Below, piece after piece: positions 1 through 12,100 of a DNA stretch of 64,000 nt. Each line of letters starts with the position of its first letter. The first letter of the stretch is position 1. Source of the DNA: Ruditapes philippinarum (taxonomy: Eukaryota). A program made the translations under genes and the position numbers. The stretch lies in assembly GCF_026571515.1 (NCBI RefSeq), contig NW_026866645.1, positions 62,001-126,000 on the forward strand. The letters are read 5' to 3'. The notes beneath the pieces were generated by a model. It was given only the letters and a program-made list of their open reading frames with translations. It did no database searches and was not told the origin of the DNA.

Positions 1-178
1 TAACCATCACTTGCAATGGTTTAATTACAATACATTCATTGATCACTTGACGATATATACTTTGTAAAACATTTAAAAAAATTGCATGAAAACTAGCATG
101 AATCTAGAAGCGCAATGCTTTAAAGTCCAAATCGAATATATATACGGTTGGTACTCTGCATATGTATCATTATGATAC

Positions 179-3100
179 CTTCATCAAATGTTTCCTCCGC
201 CTCCTTTAGTTTGTTTGAAATATAAACATCAAAAACATCGTGAGCGAATTCTTTTAGGGCTTTTGTGACATCTGATTTGTAAATATATTTTAGTCCTGGA
301 ATAAAATCTTCCACTGCTCCACTTCCAAGCTTATCAAAGAGAAGATCTTTCTTCTTTAGTATAAAATCCACCTCTTTATCCTCAAATGTGTACCTTTTGT
401 CAAATGATATGTACATGCCATGCATGAAATATAGTATATAAAACGGAATCATTGAAAACAATTAACATTGTATAATTGTAATTGTGAAAAGCTATTTATC
501 ACATACCCGTGCCGATTTTGCGACTCCGTAAATATGGTATTGCACGGCCGTGCATATATTTTGACGTGACGTCATTAGCGTTATACAAACATAGTGTAAA
601 GACGCGCTAAATGTCAGCGTTATACTATAGGCGCGTCAATGAAAAATGACTCTTATTTCACTTTAAACGGACTTTATTTTGGTTATGTGATAAATAGAAT
701 ATTAAATTCGTGTAAGTTCATAACTGAATTTATTGCACTCGTTGAATAAAATAATATTATGCTCGCCAGAGGCTCGCATAATATAATTTTATTCAACTCG
801 TGCAATAAATTCAGTATTGAACTTACACTCATTTAATATCCTCTATTTTTGATTGTGATTGTTGATAGACTTCGGTGGTAAATAAAAGCAAATATATGAA
901 AAGAAATTAGTTCAATTATATACAAAACCTTAAAGTAGAATGGTATATAATATATATTCTACACGTTGATTGTATCTTTTTCTCTTTCATCTCTTTCCAT
1001 TAAATTTTGATTTGTTGTCAAACTATAATCGATAAACTTTGACGCTTTAAAGACTTTAGAGGGCGCACATGTCAACGAACTAAAACCCCGCAAGGACATG
1101 TATAATGGTAAAAATGCCCTCGATTATAGATACTTTTCTTTTGCAATGGTATCGTAACTTTTACCTTTCGTTCCTGGACTCACAACCAATGGTTAATGAT
1201 AAAACTTCAACGTAGATAACGCGCCAAAAATGTAATCCTATAACAGTATCTGTATTACAAGCATATCATTATTTCCTTATAACCCAACACAAAGTTTACA
1301 GGGACAAACAAAAAAAGAGCCGTTTTCGTTGTAAATGTATCTTTTAACAAAAAAATAAAGATGTCAAACAATAAAGTAGAGTACCTACTTTCCCCCGAAA
1401 CATAATCCAGTGAGAATATTGCCCACTATAAAGTGGATATATTCTGCAGGGTCGAATTCGCCTTGTATTTTGTCTACCTCAACAAAAGCTGTCTTCATAG
1501 CTTCATGAACGCGCGTTTGTAAAGCGTAACCTTTCATGTAATGACTGTAAAGAGAGATAGAACACTTATCGAAGAACACTCAATATCGTATGTCGTAGCA
1601 CATACGTCATTGGAATCCTTACTAGACCAATTCTATTTCAAAGATATGTGTGAGTATTTTTGGAAATGTTTAAAATAAATATTGGCTTTGACTATATGCA
1701 TGTAGTGTATTTGGCTCTTAACATAAAAATGAATTACAAATAGAACTTCAAACACATGACTATAAATTGTATTGGCTATGACTATATGCATGTAGTGTAT
1801 TTGGCTCTGCAAGGCAACAACTGGTTTTAGAACCCCACTTATCATTAAAATGAATTACAAATAGAACTTCAAAAACTTGACTATAAATTTTACCGTAAAG
1901 CCTTGGTTGCAATTGTCCTATGAACTTTCCATGTTGAGCTGTAACTACTAAGAGCAATGTCCTTCCCTCCACGTGTTAAACTATCAACTTGAAAATATGA
2001 AAACACAATAAATGACGAAAATTAACGTTACACTATTAAAAGCATGCAACAATATCAATCTTGTATTTTTGGTTGTTCTTAAGGGATTCGATGTTTCTCA
2101 TTTTGTTATCATATACATATACAATAATAAATAGTTTGGATACACATAAAAGATAAATTTGTTTATCTAATAAGTAAAATAAGTAACAGTTGTATGACAA
2201 CATACATAGCTGGGTTTCTTTTTTTTATTTTGTCAATAAAAATTGACACTGACAAAATTGACATGTTCTGCAACCTTGTAGTGATTATATATTTTTGTAA
2301 TACGGGAAAACGCCATTTTTTAGGAAAAACAAAACACATGAATGTGATTTAGTTATTAGGGTATAGTTTTTTTTTCAGTCACTTGTTGCAAACAAACGTT
2401 ACAAAGTGACCAATGTCCGGTAAAAAATACCAATTACAAGATATAAATATGTATTTACCAGTCAAATGTTGACTCAAGTCGGTAAAAGGGGGAAACATTA
2501 TCGGACATACCGTGCGGCCAGAGGGATAATCGATATTGTTTATCTCCATGCTAAATAATCAAATTTACAGGGTACCATGCCATACAGATATATTTTTATT
2601 CCAAGGTGTAAAACGAAATAGTGTTGTTGCTTATACAATAAATATTCAGTTGTCACTTTGTTGTTATACTACACTTGTAAATTTTTTTATTTCTACTTAA
2701 ATCGGCGGTAAAGGACGCGCACTAAGAAACATTTAACTTATAAGTCATTGCTGCCTATGAATAGTCTCATGCATTATTGTAGATTTAGGGATTCTGTGTT
2801 CTCCATATTATTTTAACGTGTTCTTTTACGTATAGTTTCCGATTTTTATCATTTTATGGTGCTACATTACGTATAATACACGAAAAGTTTGAGACAATAT
2901 TGATTTCAAATAGAGTCGATAAGTTGCAATTGACCATTAATTTGAAGGTGTTTTTANNNNNNNNNNNNNNNNNNNNNNNNNNNNNNNNNNNNNNNNNNNN
3001 NNNNNNNNNNNNNNNNNNNNNNNNNNNNNNNNNNNNNNNNNNNNNNNNNNNNNNNNNNNNNNNNNNNNNNNNNNNNNNNNNNNNNNNNNNNNNNNNNNNN

Positions 3101-6100
3101 NNNNAACAATGCGGATAAAAATAGCGGGAAAAAAAGAATGAAGTGATGCCTTTTCCAGTTTACATTGCAATTGTTTATTAACAAAACTGTAATAAATAAT
3201 TGAAGAGAAATATCAACCGGTTTCACCCGTTAAAGGGATCTTCAAGATAATGACGTTAATAACGTCGCTTGGTAACGACGTCAAAACAGTGTAAAGGGAC
3301 GTTACTCTTATAACGTTTTAAAGGGACATAATAATAAGCTATAATATTATTGTTATATATATATATCAAAGTTTTTTTGAATTCAATTCTGGTTTAAGAA
3401 CGTTTATTAAAACAGTTTCTTTCATTCTTCTTTTGAATGTGTCTGGTTCTCGCATTTTATAGATTGGCATTATATTAAACTTTGGAGTGATGTCTTTTGC
3501 GCAAATGGCAATGTGTCGACTGACTGGTAATAATGCATTGTCTGGATTTCGTATATGTTGGTTGTGTAATGTTACTCGATTTCTTAAATTTGAAGTTTCT
3601 CCAATATAATCTTTGGAACAACCATTACATTTCAATGCATAAATCACATTTCTAATGTCACATGATCCTGAGAATTTTACTTTAAATTCGCGGCCATTCT
3701 TGAAATGGTATGTATTTCCTTCTATCATGTGTTTGCACAGGCCGCATTTTAAACTGCTGCATCTTTTTATTTTATTCTTTCTCAGTGTTGAAGAAAATCG
3801 TGCCCTGGTCAAAAGTTTTTTCAGATTAGCCGGTTGTCTTTTACTTTTAATTATATGGCTTCTGTAAATAATTCCTTTCATTATTTCATCATTTTGTAAT
3901 ATTGGTAGATTTTCTTGTATTACTGTGAAAAATTCGGTATTCTTTGGATTATGTGTTGACACGTATGGTATGACTTTCTCGTCCGTCTTTAGTTTTGTCT
4001 TCCGTAGTTCGGATTGTTCTATTGCTAAAGCTCTCTGGATGCCGTTTTCTATAAATTTCTGAGGATATTTTAAAGAAGCCAGGAATTTGTTTAATTCATT
4101 TAATCTGAGATGTAATACGTCTCTATTTGATATAATTGTACAAAGTCGTCTAGCTAGTGAGAATGGGATGTTTTGTTTTGTGTGTTTTGGATGACAAGAG
4201 TTGAATAAAAGATATTGTTTACTGTCAGTAGGTTTATAGTAGATATCTGTTTCTATTTGGTCACCTTTTAATTTAACTAAAACATCCAGAAACGGCAATT
4301 TCTCTATACTGTTTTCCATTGTGAATTTTAAATCTTTATGAAGGTTATTCAGTAGAATGTTAAAGCAATTCAATTCGTGCTTAGATTTAGGCCATAAAAT
4401 AAACACATCGTCTAGAAAGCGTTTCCAGTAATTGATGATATAAATTTTAAATTCGGTATTATAAATTTCTGCAATTTTGGGATAAAGCAGTTCCTCCTCC
4501 ACATAGCCTAATACAAGTGTTGCATACACTGGAGCAAATTTTGTGCCCATGGCAGTGCCTTTTATTTGTCTGAAAAACTTATCATTAAAAAAGAATGTAT
4601 TATTCTTTAAGATGAATTCTGTGGCTGAAATGATGAAATTCTTTGTAAATCTAGTATGTATCACGTCCAGATGATTTTCAACCCAAAATTCTATTGATTT
4701 AAGGCCTAGTTCATGCGAAATGTTTGAGTATAAAGATTCAACATCAAAACTTGTTAAGATGATATCCTTTTCCACAGTGCCTGGCAATGAGTTTAAAAAA
4801 TCTGTGCTGTCTTTTATGTTGCTTCTTACGAATTTGGTTAATGGTCGTAGAAGAATGTCTAAAAGGTTGCTTAATCTATGAGTTTTGGCAGCTAGGACCT
4901 GCCACGATAGGCCTTACTTTCAAATCAGTGACATTTGAAATATTAATTATTGTTGATGATTGTTGTATCGAACACTTCTCATTTATCTGTTTACTTTTAT
5001 GAATTTTAGGTAAAAACCATAAAAGTTTCTTTGTTTCACTTCAAAATTTGTTAGATAATCATATTCTTTGTGTGTGAAACAGGTCTGAAATCGATCAATA
5101 AGTTTTCTGTAATTTAAATTTGTCTTTATGATTAGGATCTGTGTCCAAATAGTCATAATACTGTGTATCGTTGAGTTGATATTCTATCATTTTAATGTAA
5201 TGAGAGCAGTCCCATGATAACTACTGCTCCCCCTTTATCAGCTTCTTTGATGACTATATCAGGATCATTTGCCAATTGTTCAATAGCTGTCTTCTCAGAT
5301 TTTGAAAATATTTGATTTTACTGTATTGTTTCTTGTTTGATTTTTCGATAATTACTTAAATTATCTATAAACTTTTCTAAGGATGAGTTCCTGTTCTTAG
5401 GTGGTATAAAGTTACTTTTATTTCTGACAAGTGAAGTGTCATTTTCATCATCTGTTCCGTTAAAGTATTCTGCTAATCGGAGTCTCCTATTAAATTCATT
5501 TATATCATTATTTATTTCTTCAGTGCTGCTTTTAGTTGGAGTTGGGGTAAACTTAAGTCCTTTACTTAAGATATTTATTTGTGGTTCAGAGAGTAGTTTA
5601 GTTGAGATATTTATTACCTTTATATTAATTTCTGTTGTATTTTGATCACCATTTACCGAATCTCTTGTCTGCGTTGGTCTCTGTACAAAAAAGGATTTTG
5701 TCGAAAGTTATCTATTGTACTAGTTTGAGCGCGATTTGTTTGATGTAAAGGCCTTCGATCATAATATCCTTTATTTGAGCCCTCTCTATATGGGAGTGTT
5801 TGAGGCGGTGTAACATTATTTGTGTAATATCTGCTTTGATGTATGTTTTGATCAAACCGTCTATGCTGATTGTTTGTACTCCATCTATGAAACTCATCGG
5901 GGTTTCTCCAAAAGTAATTTCTGAAATCTTTTCGTTGTCCATCTTTATTATAATTGTTGAACTGATTTTTAAAGTTTCTTTGTGGTAAATTTCTTCTGTC
6001 GCCATAATTTTCTGCTTCTAATCGTGGGTATTCCTGACGTGATGTTTGTGTTTGAGGGTAATTTACTGCCTCAGCGTATGTTAGTCTTCTATTTGTAAAA

Positions 6101-9100
6101 GTTTGTTCTTTCCCTATACGGTGTGTTGTTTTCCGTCATATTTGTTCTTTCACTGAATCTGGAATTGGTTTCTGGCGTAAAGGTATTTTCAGTATATTGT
6201 GTGTTGGTTTTGATAAAATGGATTTTTGTTATCATACTCCTTTATAAAGCTTTCAGCATACTTTTTTAGCCAAACTGCATTTTTTACTCTGCCATCGTTT
6301 GTTTGAAATTTCTTCCTCGTGATAACATTCGTCTCTCCATAATTTCTTAAGTAATATCTCCCTTTGTCCATCTGTCTTTTGGCCGAACAATGTGTCCATT
6401 TCGTCATCAATTTGTTTAACTCGTGCTGCATGAGATTGTGATCTCAATTCCAATAACTCAATTTCCGTACGGTAATTATCAAGTACTTGGCGTTCTCTTT
6501 TTCTGCGTTGGTCATCCGGTTCTCCTTGAATTTCTTTCATTTGTAATTTCTGTGGTAAAATAATTGGTGTGCTTTCTTCCATTCTTCATATGTTTTGCGC
6601 TGATTTTCATTTCTTAGGTGTTGCCAATATTCTTGTCTTCTTTTCGATAAGTTCACGTTCCATATATTGCTTAAGGATGATTTTATTTTACATGCCTCTT
6701 GTTGAAGTGTTATTTGATTTGATTCTAGTAAAATTGGCTGTTGTTGGCGTGTTACATCTACTAAGTCATTAATGGCGTTTAGTGTCATTGTCAAATTGTT
6801 AGGATCAATATTTGATACTTGTGTAACTGGTGCTTCTGTGCGAACATTTTCTGTCATATATTTCAAAACTTTTGTTAATGTTTGCGATATCTTACCTAAT
6901 GTTCTTGATATGTCTTCTATGCTTTTTGTTACATGCTGTTGGAATGGGTTGTAGTTTTCTTCATCTGTTTCAGTAATTGTGACAGTGCTTTTTGTTACAT
7001 GCTGTTGGAATGGGTTGTAGTTTTCTTCATCTGTTTCAGTAATTGTGACTGTCACAATTACTGAAACAGATGAAGAAAACTACAACCCATTCCAACAGCA
7101 TGTAACAAAAAGCATAGAAGACATATCAAGAACATTAGGTAAGATATCGCAAACATTAACAAAAGTTTTGAAATATATGACAGAAATGTTCGCACAGAGC
7201 ACAGTTACACAAGTATCAAATATTGATCCTAACAATTTGACAATGACACTAAACGCCATTAATGACTTAGTAGATGTAACACGCCAACAACAGCCAATTT
7301 TACTAGAATCAAATCAAATAACACTTCAACAAGAGGCATGTAAAATAAAATCATCCTTAAGCAATATATGGAACGTGAACTTATCGAAAAGAAGACAAGA
7401 ATATTGGCAACACCTAAGAAATGAAAATCAGCGCAAAACATATGAAGAATGGAAGAAAAGCACACCAATTATTTACCACAGAAATTACAAATGAAAGAAA
7501 TTCAAGGAGAACGGATGACCAACGCAGAAAAAGAGAACGCAAGTACTTGATAATTACCGTACGGAAATTGAGTTATTGGAATTGAGATCACAATCTCATG
7601 CAGCACGAGTTAAACAAATTGATGACGAAATGGACACATTGTTCGGGCCAAAAGACAGATGGACAAAGGGAGAATATTACTTAAGAAATTATGGAGAGAC
7701 GAATGTTATCACGAGGAAGAAATTTCAACAAATGATGGCAGAGTAAAAATGCAGTTTGGCTAAAAAGTATGCTGAAAGTTTATAAAGGAGTATGATAACA
7801 AAAATCCATTTATCAAAACCAACACACAATATACTGAAAATACCTTTACGCCAGAAACCAATTCCAGATTCAGTGAAAGAACAAATATGACGGAAAACAA
7901 CACACCGTATAGGGAAAGAACAAACTTTTACAATAGAAGACTAACATACGCTGAGGCAGTAAATTACCCTCAAACACAAACATCACGTCAGGAATTCCCA
8001 CGATTAGAAGCAGAAAATTATGGCGACAGAAGAAATTTACCACAAAGAAACTTTAAAAATCAGTTCAACAATTATAATAAAGATGGACAACGAAAAGATT
8101 TCAGAAATTACTTTTGGAGAAACCCCGATGAGTTTCATAAATGGAGTACAAACAATCAGCATAGACGGTTTGATCAAAACATACATCAAAGCAGATATTA
8201 CACAAATAATGTTACACCGCTCAAACACTCCATATAGAGAGGGCTCAAATAAAGGATATTATGATCGAAGCCTTTACATCAAACAAATCGCGCTCAACTA
8301 GTACAATAGATAACTTTCGACAAAATCCTTTTTTGTACAGAGACCAACGCAGACAAGAGATTCGGTAAAATGGTGATCAAAATACAACAGAAATTAATAT
8401 AAAGGTAATAAATATCTCAACTAAACTACTCTCTGAACCACAAATAAATATCTTAAGTAAAGGACTTAAGTTTACCCCAACTCCAACTAAAAGCAGCACT
8501 GAAGAAATAAATAATGATATAAATGAATTGAATAGGAGACTCCGATTAGCAGAATACTTTAACGGAACAGATGATGAAAATGACACTTCACTTGTCAGAA
8601 ATAAAAGTAACTTTATACCACCTAAGAACAGGAACTCATCCTTAGAAAAGTTTTATAGATAATTTAAGTAATTATCCGAAAAATCAAACAAGAAACAATA
8701 CAGTAAAATCAAATATTTCAAAATCTGAGAAGACAGCTATTGAACAATTGGCAAATGATCCTGATATAGTCATCAAAGAAGCTGATAAAGGGGGAGCAGT
8801 AGTTATCATGGACTGCTCTCATTACATTAAAATGATAGAATATCAACTCAACGATACACAGTATTATGAATATTTGGACACAGATCCTAATCATAAAGAC
8901 AAATTAAATTACAGAAAACTTATTGATCGATTTCAGACCTGTTTCACACACAAAGAATATGATTATCTAACAAATTTTGAAGTGAAACAAAGAAACTTTT
9001 ATGGTTTACCTAAAATTCATAAAAGTAAACAGATAAATGAGAAGTGTTCGATACAACAATCATCAACAATAATTAATATTTCAAATGTCACTGATTTGAA

Positions 9101-12100
9101 AGTAAGGCCTATCGTGGCAGGTCCTAGCTGCCAAACTCATAGATTAAGCAACCTTTTAGACATTCTTCTACGACCATTAACCAAATTCGTAAGAAGCAAC
9201 ATAAAAGAAAGACAGCACAGATTTTTTAAACTCATTGCCAGGCACTGTGGAAAAGGATATCATCTTAACAAGTTTTGATGTTGAATCTTTATACTCAAAC
9301 ATTTCGCATGAACTAGGCCTTAAATCAATAGAATTTTGGGTTGAAAATCATCTGGACGTGATACATACTAGATTTACAAAGAATTTCATCATTTCAGCCA
9401 CAGAATTCATCTTAAAGAATAATACATTCTTTTTTAATGATAAGTTTTTCAGACAAATAAAAGGCACTGCCATGGGCACAAAATTTGCTCCAGTGTATGC
9501 AACACTTGTATTAGGCTATGTGGAGGAGGAACTGCTTTATCCCAAATTGCAGAAATTTATAATACCGAATTTAAAATTTATATCATCAATTACTGGAAAC
9601 GCTTTCTAGACGATGTGTTTATTTATGGCCTAAATCTAAGCACGAGGCGAAATTGAATTGCTTTAACATTCTACTGAATAACCTTCATAAAGATTTAAAA
9701 TTCACAATGGAAAACAGTATAGAGAAATTGCCGTTTCTGGATGTTTTAGTTAAATTAAAAGGTGACCAATAGAAAACAGATATCTACTATAAACCTAACT
9801 GACAGTAAACAATATCTTTTATTCAACTCTTGTCATCCAAAACACACAAAACAAAACATCCCATTCTCACTAGCTAGACGACTTTGTACAATTATATCAA
9901 ATAGAGACGTATTACATCTCAGATTAAATGAATTAAACAAATTCCTGGCTTCTTTAAAATATCCTCAGAAAATTTATAGAAAACGGCATCCAGAGAGCTT
10001 TAGCATAGAACAATCCGAACTACGGAAGACAAAACTAAAGACGGACGAGAAAGTCATACCATACGTTCAAACACATAATCCAAGGAATACCGAATTTTTC
10101 ACAGTAATACAAGAAAATCTACCAATATTACAAAATGATGAAATAATGAAAGGAATTATTGACAGAAGCCAATAATTAAAAAGTAAAAAGACAACCGGCT
10201 AATCTGAAAAAAACCTTTGACCAGGGCACGATTTTCTTCAACACTGAGAAAGAATAAAATAAAAGATGCAGCAGTTTAAATGCGGCCTGTGCAAACACAT
10301 GATAGAAGGAAATACATACCATTTCAAGAATGGCCGCGAATTTAAAGTAAAATTCTCAGGATCATGCGGACATTAGAAATGTAATTTATGCATTGAAATG
10401 TAATGGTTGCTTCCAAAGATTATATTGGAGAAACTTCAAATTTAAGAAATCGAGTAACATTACACAACCAACATATACGAAATCCAGACAATGCATTATT
10501 ACCATCAGTCGCACACATTGCCATTTGCGCAAAAAGACATCACTCCAAAGTTTAATATAATGCAATCTATAAAAATGCGAGAACCAGACACATTCAAAAG
10601 AAGAATGAAAGAAACTGTTTTAATAAACGTTCTTAAACCAGAATTGAATTCAAAATAACTTTGATATATTATATATAACAATAATATTATAGCTTATTAT
10701 TATGTCCTTTAAAACGTTATAAGAGTAACGTCCTTTACACTGTTTTGACGTCGTTACAAGCGACGTTATTAGTCATTATCTTGAAGATCCTTTAACGGGT
10801 GAAACNNNNNNNNNNNNNNNNNNNNNNNNNNNNNNNNNNNNNNNNNNNNNNNNNNNNNNNNNNNNNNNNNNNNNNNNNNNNNNNNNNNNNNNNNNNNNNN
10901 NNNNNNNNNNNNNNNNNNNNNNNNNNNNNNNNNNTTAACATTCTAAGCATGGTTTTAAAGAAAACTTGACAACCCAACTTACGTGAATAGTGTGTCAACA
11001 TCACGCCCAGCAAAAATCTGTAGATTTCCTTACAAGTACCTCTAAGGCAGTTTCTATTGTATTCACAGTTATAAATTGTACAGGACCTAAAAAGTACCAT
11101 TGGGTCTTATATTCAAATGAAAACTTTAATTCTTGATGATTATGATCGACGATGATGATGTAGGTATATCATTGTATCAATAATGACTATTATGGTAATT
11201 ATTTGATAATAATATATAGCAACCATTATTAAGTAATATCTGATTTACTCTTACAAGTTTCCGTTTGTTTGGTGTAGGTCATAATTCGTCTAAACAGGAA
11301 CGTTATTTTGGCTTACCTCGAGTGTTTCGAAAATCAAAGCAATTTAATCACATCTTACGATCACGCAGCTTAAGAAATAGCCGTAGGTTTTATGCCTCAA
11401 CAGTTAAAGGCAATCTATCAGTCACAAAGGGCTTAAAATTCATTGCCCGTTTTTTTTTTTTTGGAAAATTCCCCCTTCTGTGTATGTTAGTATAATCTAT
11501 GCTTTAAAATGAGGGCTCTGCGGCCAAAATGCACTTCTTTTCAAAATAAGAATAAAATTAAATCATGCCCTTTAAATGTTTAATTTTGAAGCAGAAAACG
11601 ATCCCAGTACAATCACTGTATAAACCGTTGTTGATAACTTTTACGTTGCAAAAGTGGCAATAATGAAGGATCGTTTTAAGGCTGTTGCCAACAGCAAAGG
11701 GACCGCCATTCAAAGCCTTCTTTCGCACTAAGCTCACGAATTTAAGATTGAACGAACCCCTTTCCTAAGTTGTCTCTACCGTTTTTAGTCCACTCCTACC
11801 TTCAACAAACTAAGTTGTGCCAACCACCTTAAACGATCAGTGGATGTTTTTATTCATGGCATCTCAATGACATCATAGCAAGGGTAATTACATTAAAGAC
11901 TATTTAACCCATATTGAAATCAGGATTGTGTTTATTTTCTGCATTGTAGATCATTTATGTCTTTGAATAATATACACGACTGAGCAGAAAATTTTTATTT
12001 AACTTTTTGCTATGCACAATATGTTTGAGCGTAAAAACTTGTTTGGATAAATTTATTAACGCCCTGCGAAAGGTTTTAAATATTGATTTACTGTTTAATC

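Larger units (their letters stand above)
3105..7049 (-). mobile_element. Penelope-like retroelement (RT + C-terminal GIY-YIG; Neptune-like), left arm of palindrome, 5'-truncated
   Basis: LSKGLKFTPTP, ADKGGAVV, SFDVESLYSNI, GTAMGTKFAP, RFLDD, LPFLDV, YKPTDS, linker CxxxxCxxC, NVIYALKC..C...YIGET. Confidence 0.95.

Noticed and set aside
2900-3226. ORFs crossing N runs (also 10792-11100)
   Set aside because: They are open only because of the gaps.
3366-4787. Telomerase or Naiad assignment for the palindromic element
   Set aside because: The GIY-YIG domain is C-terminal to the RT, as in canonical Penelope/Neptune elements.
5712-6005. 97-aa ORF MATEEIY... (and 8020-8301) as a separate gene
   Set aside because: Alternate frame overlapping ORF1, with different endings in the two arms and no motif support.
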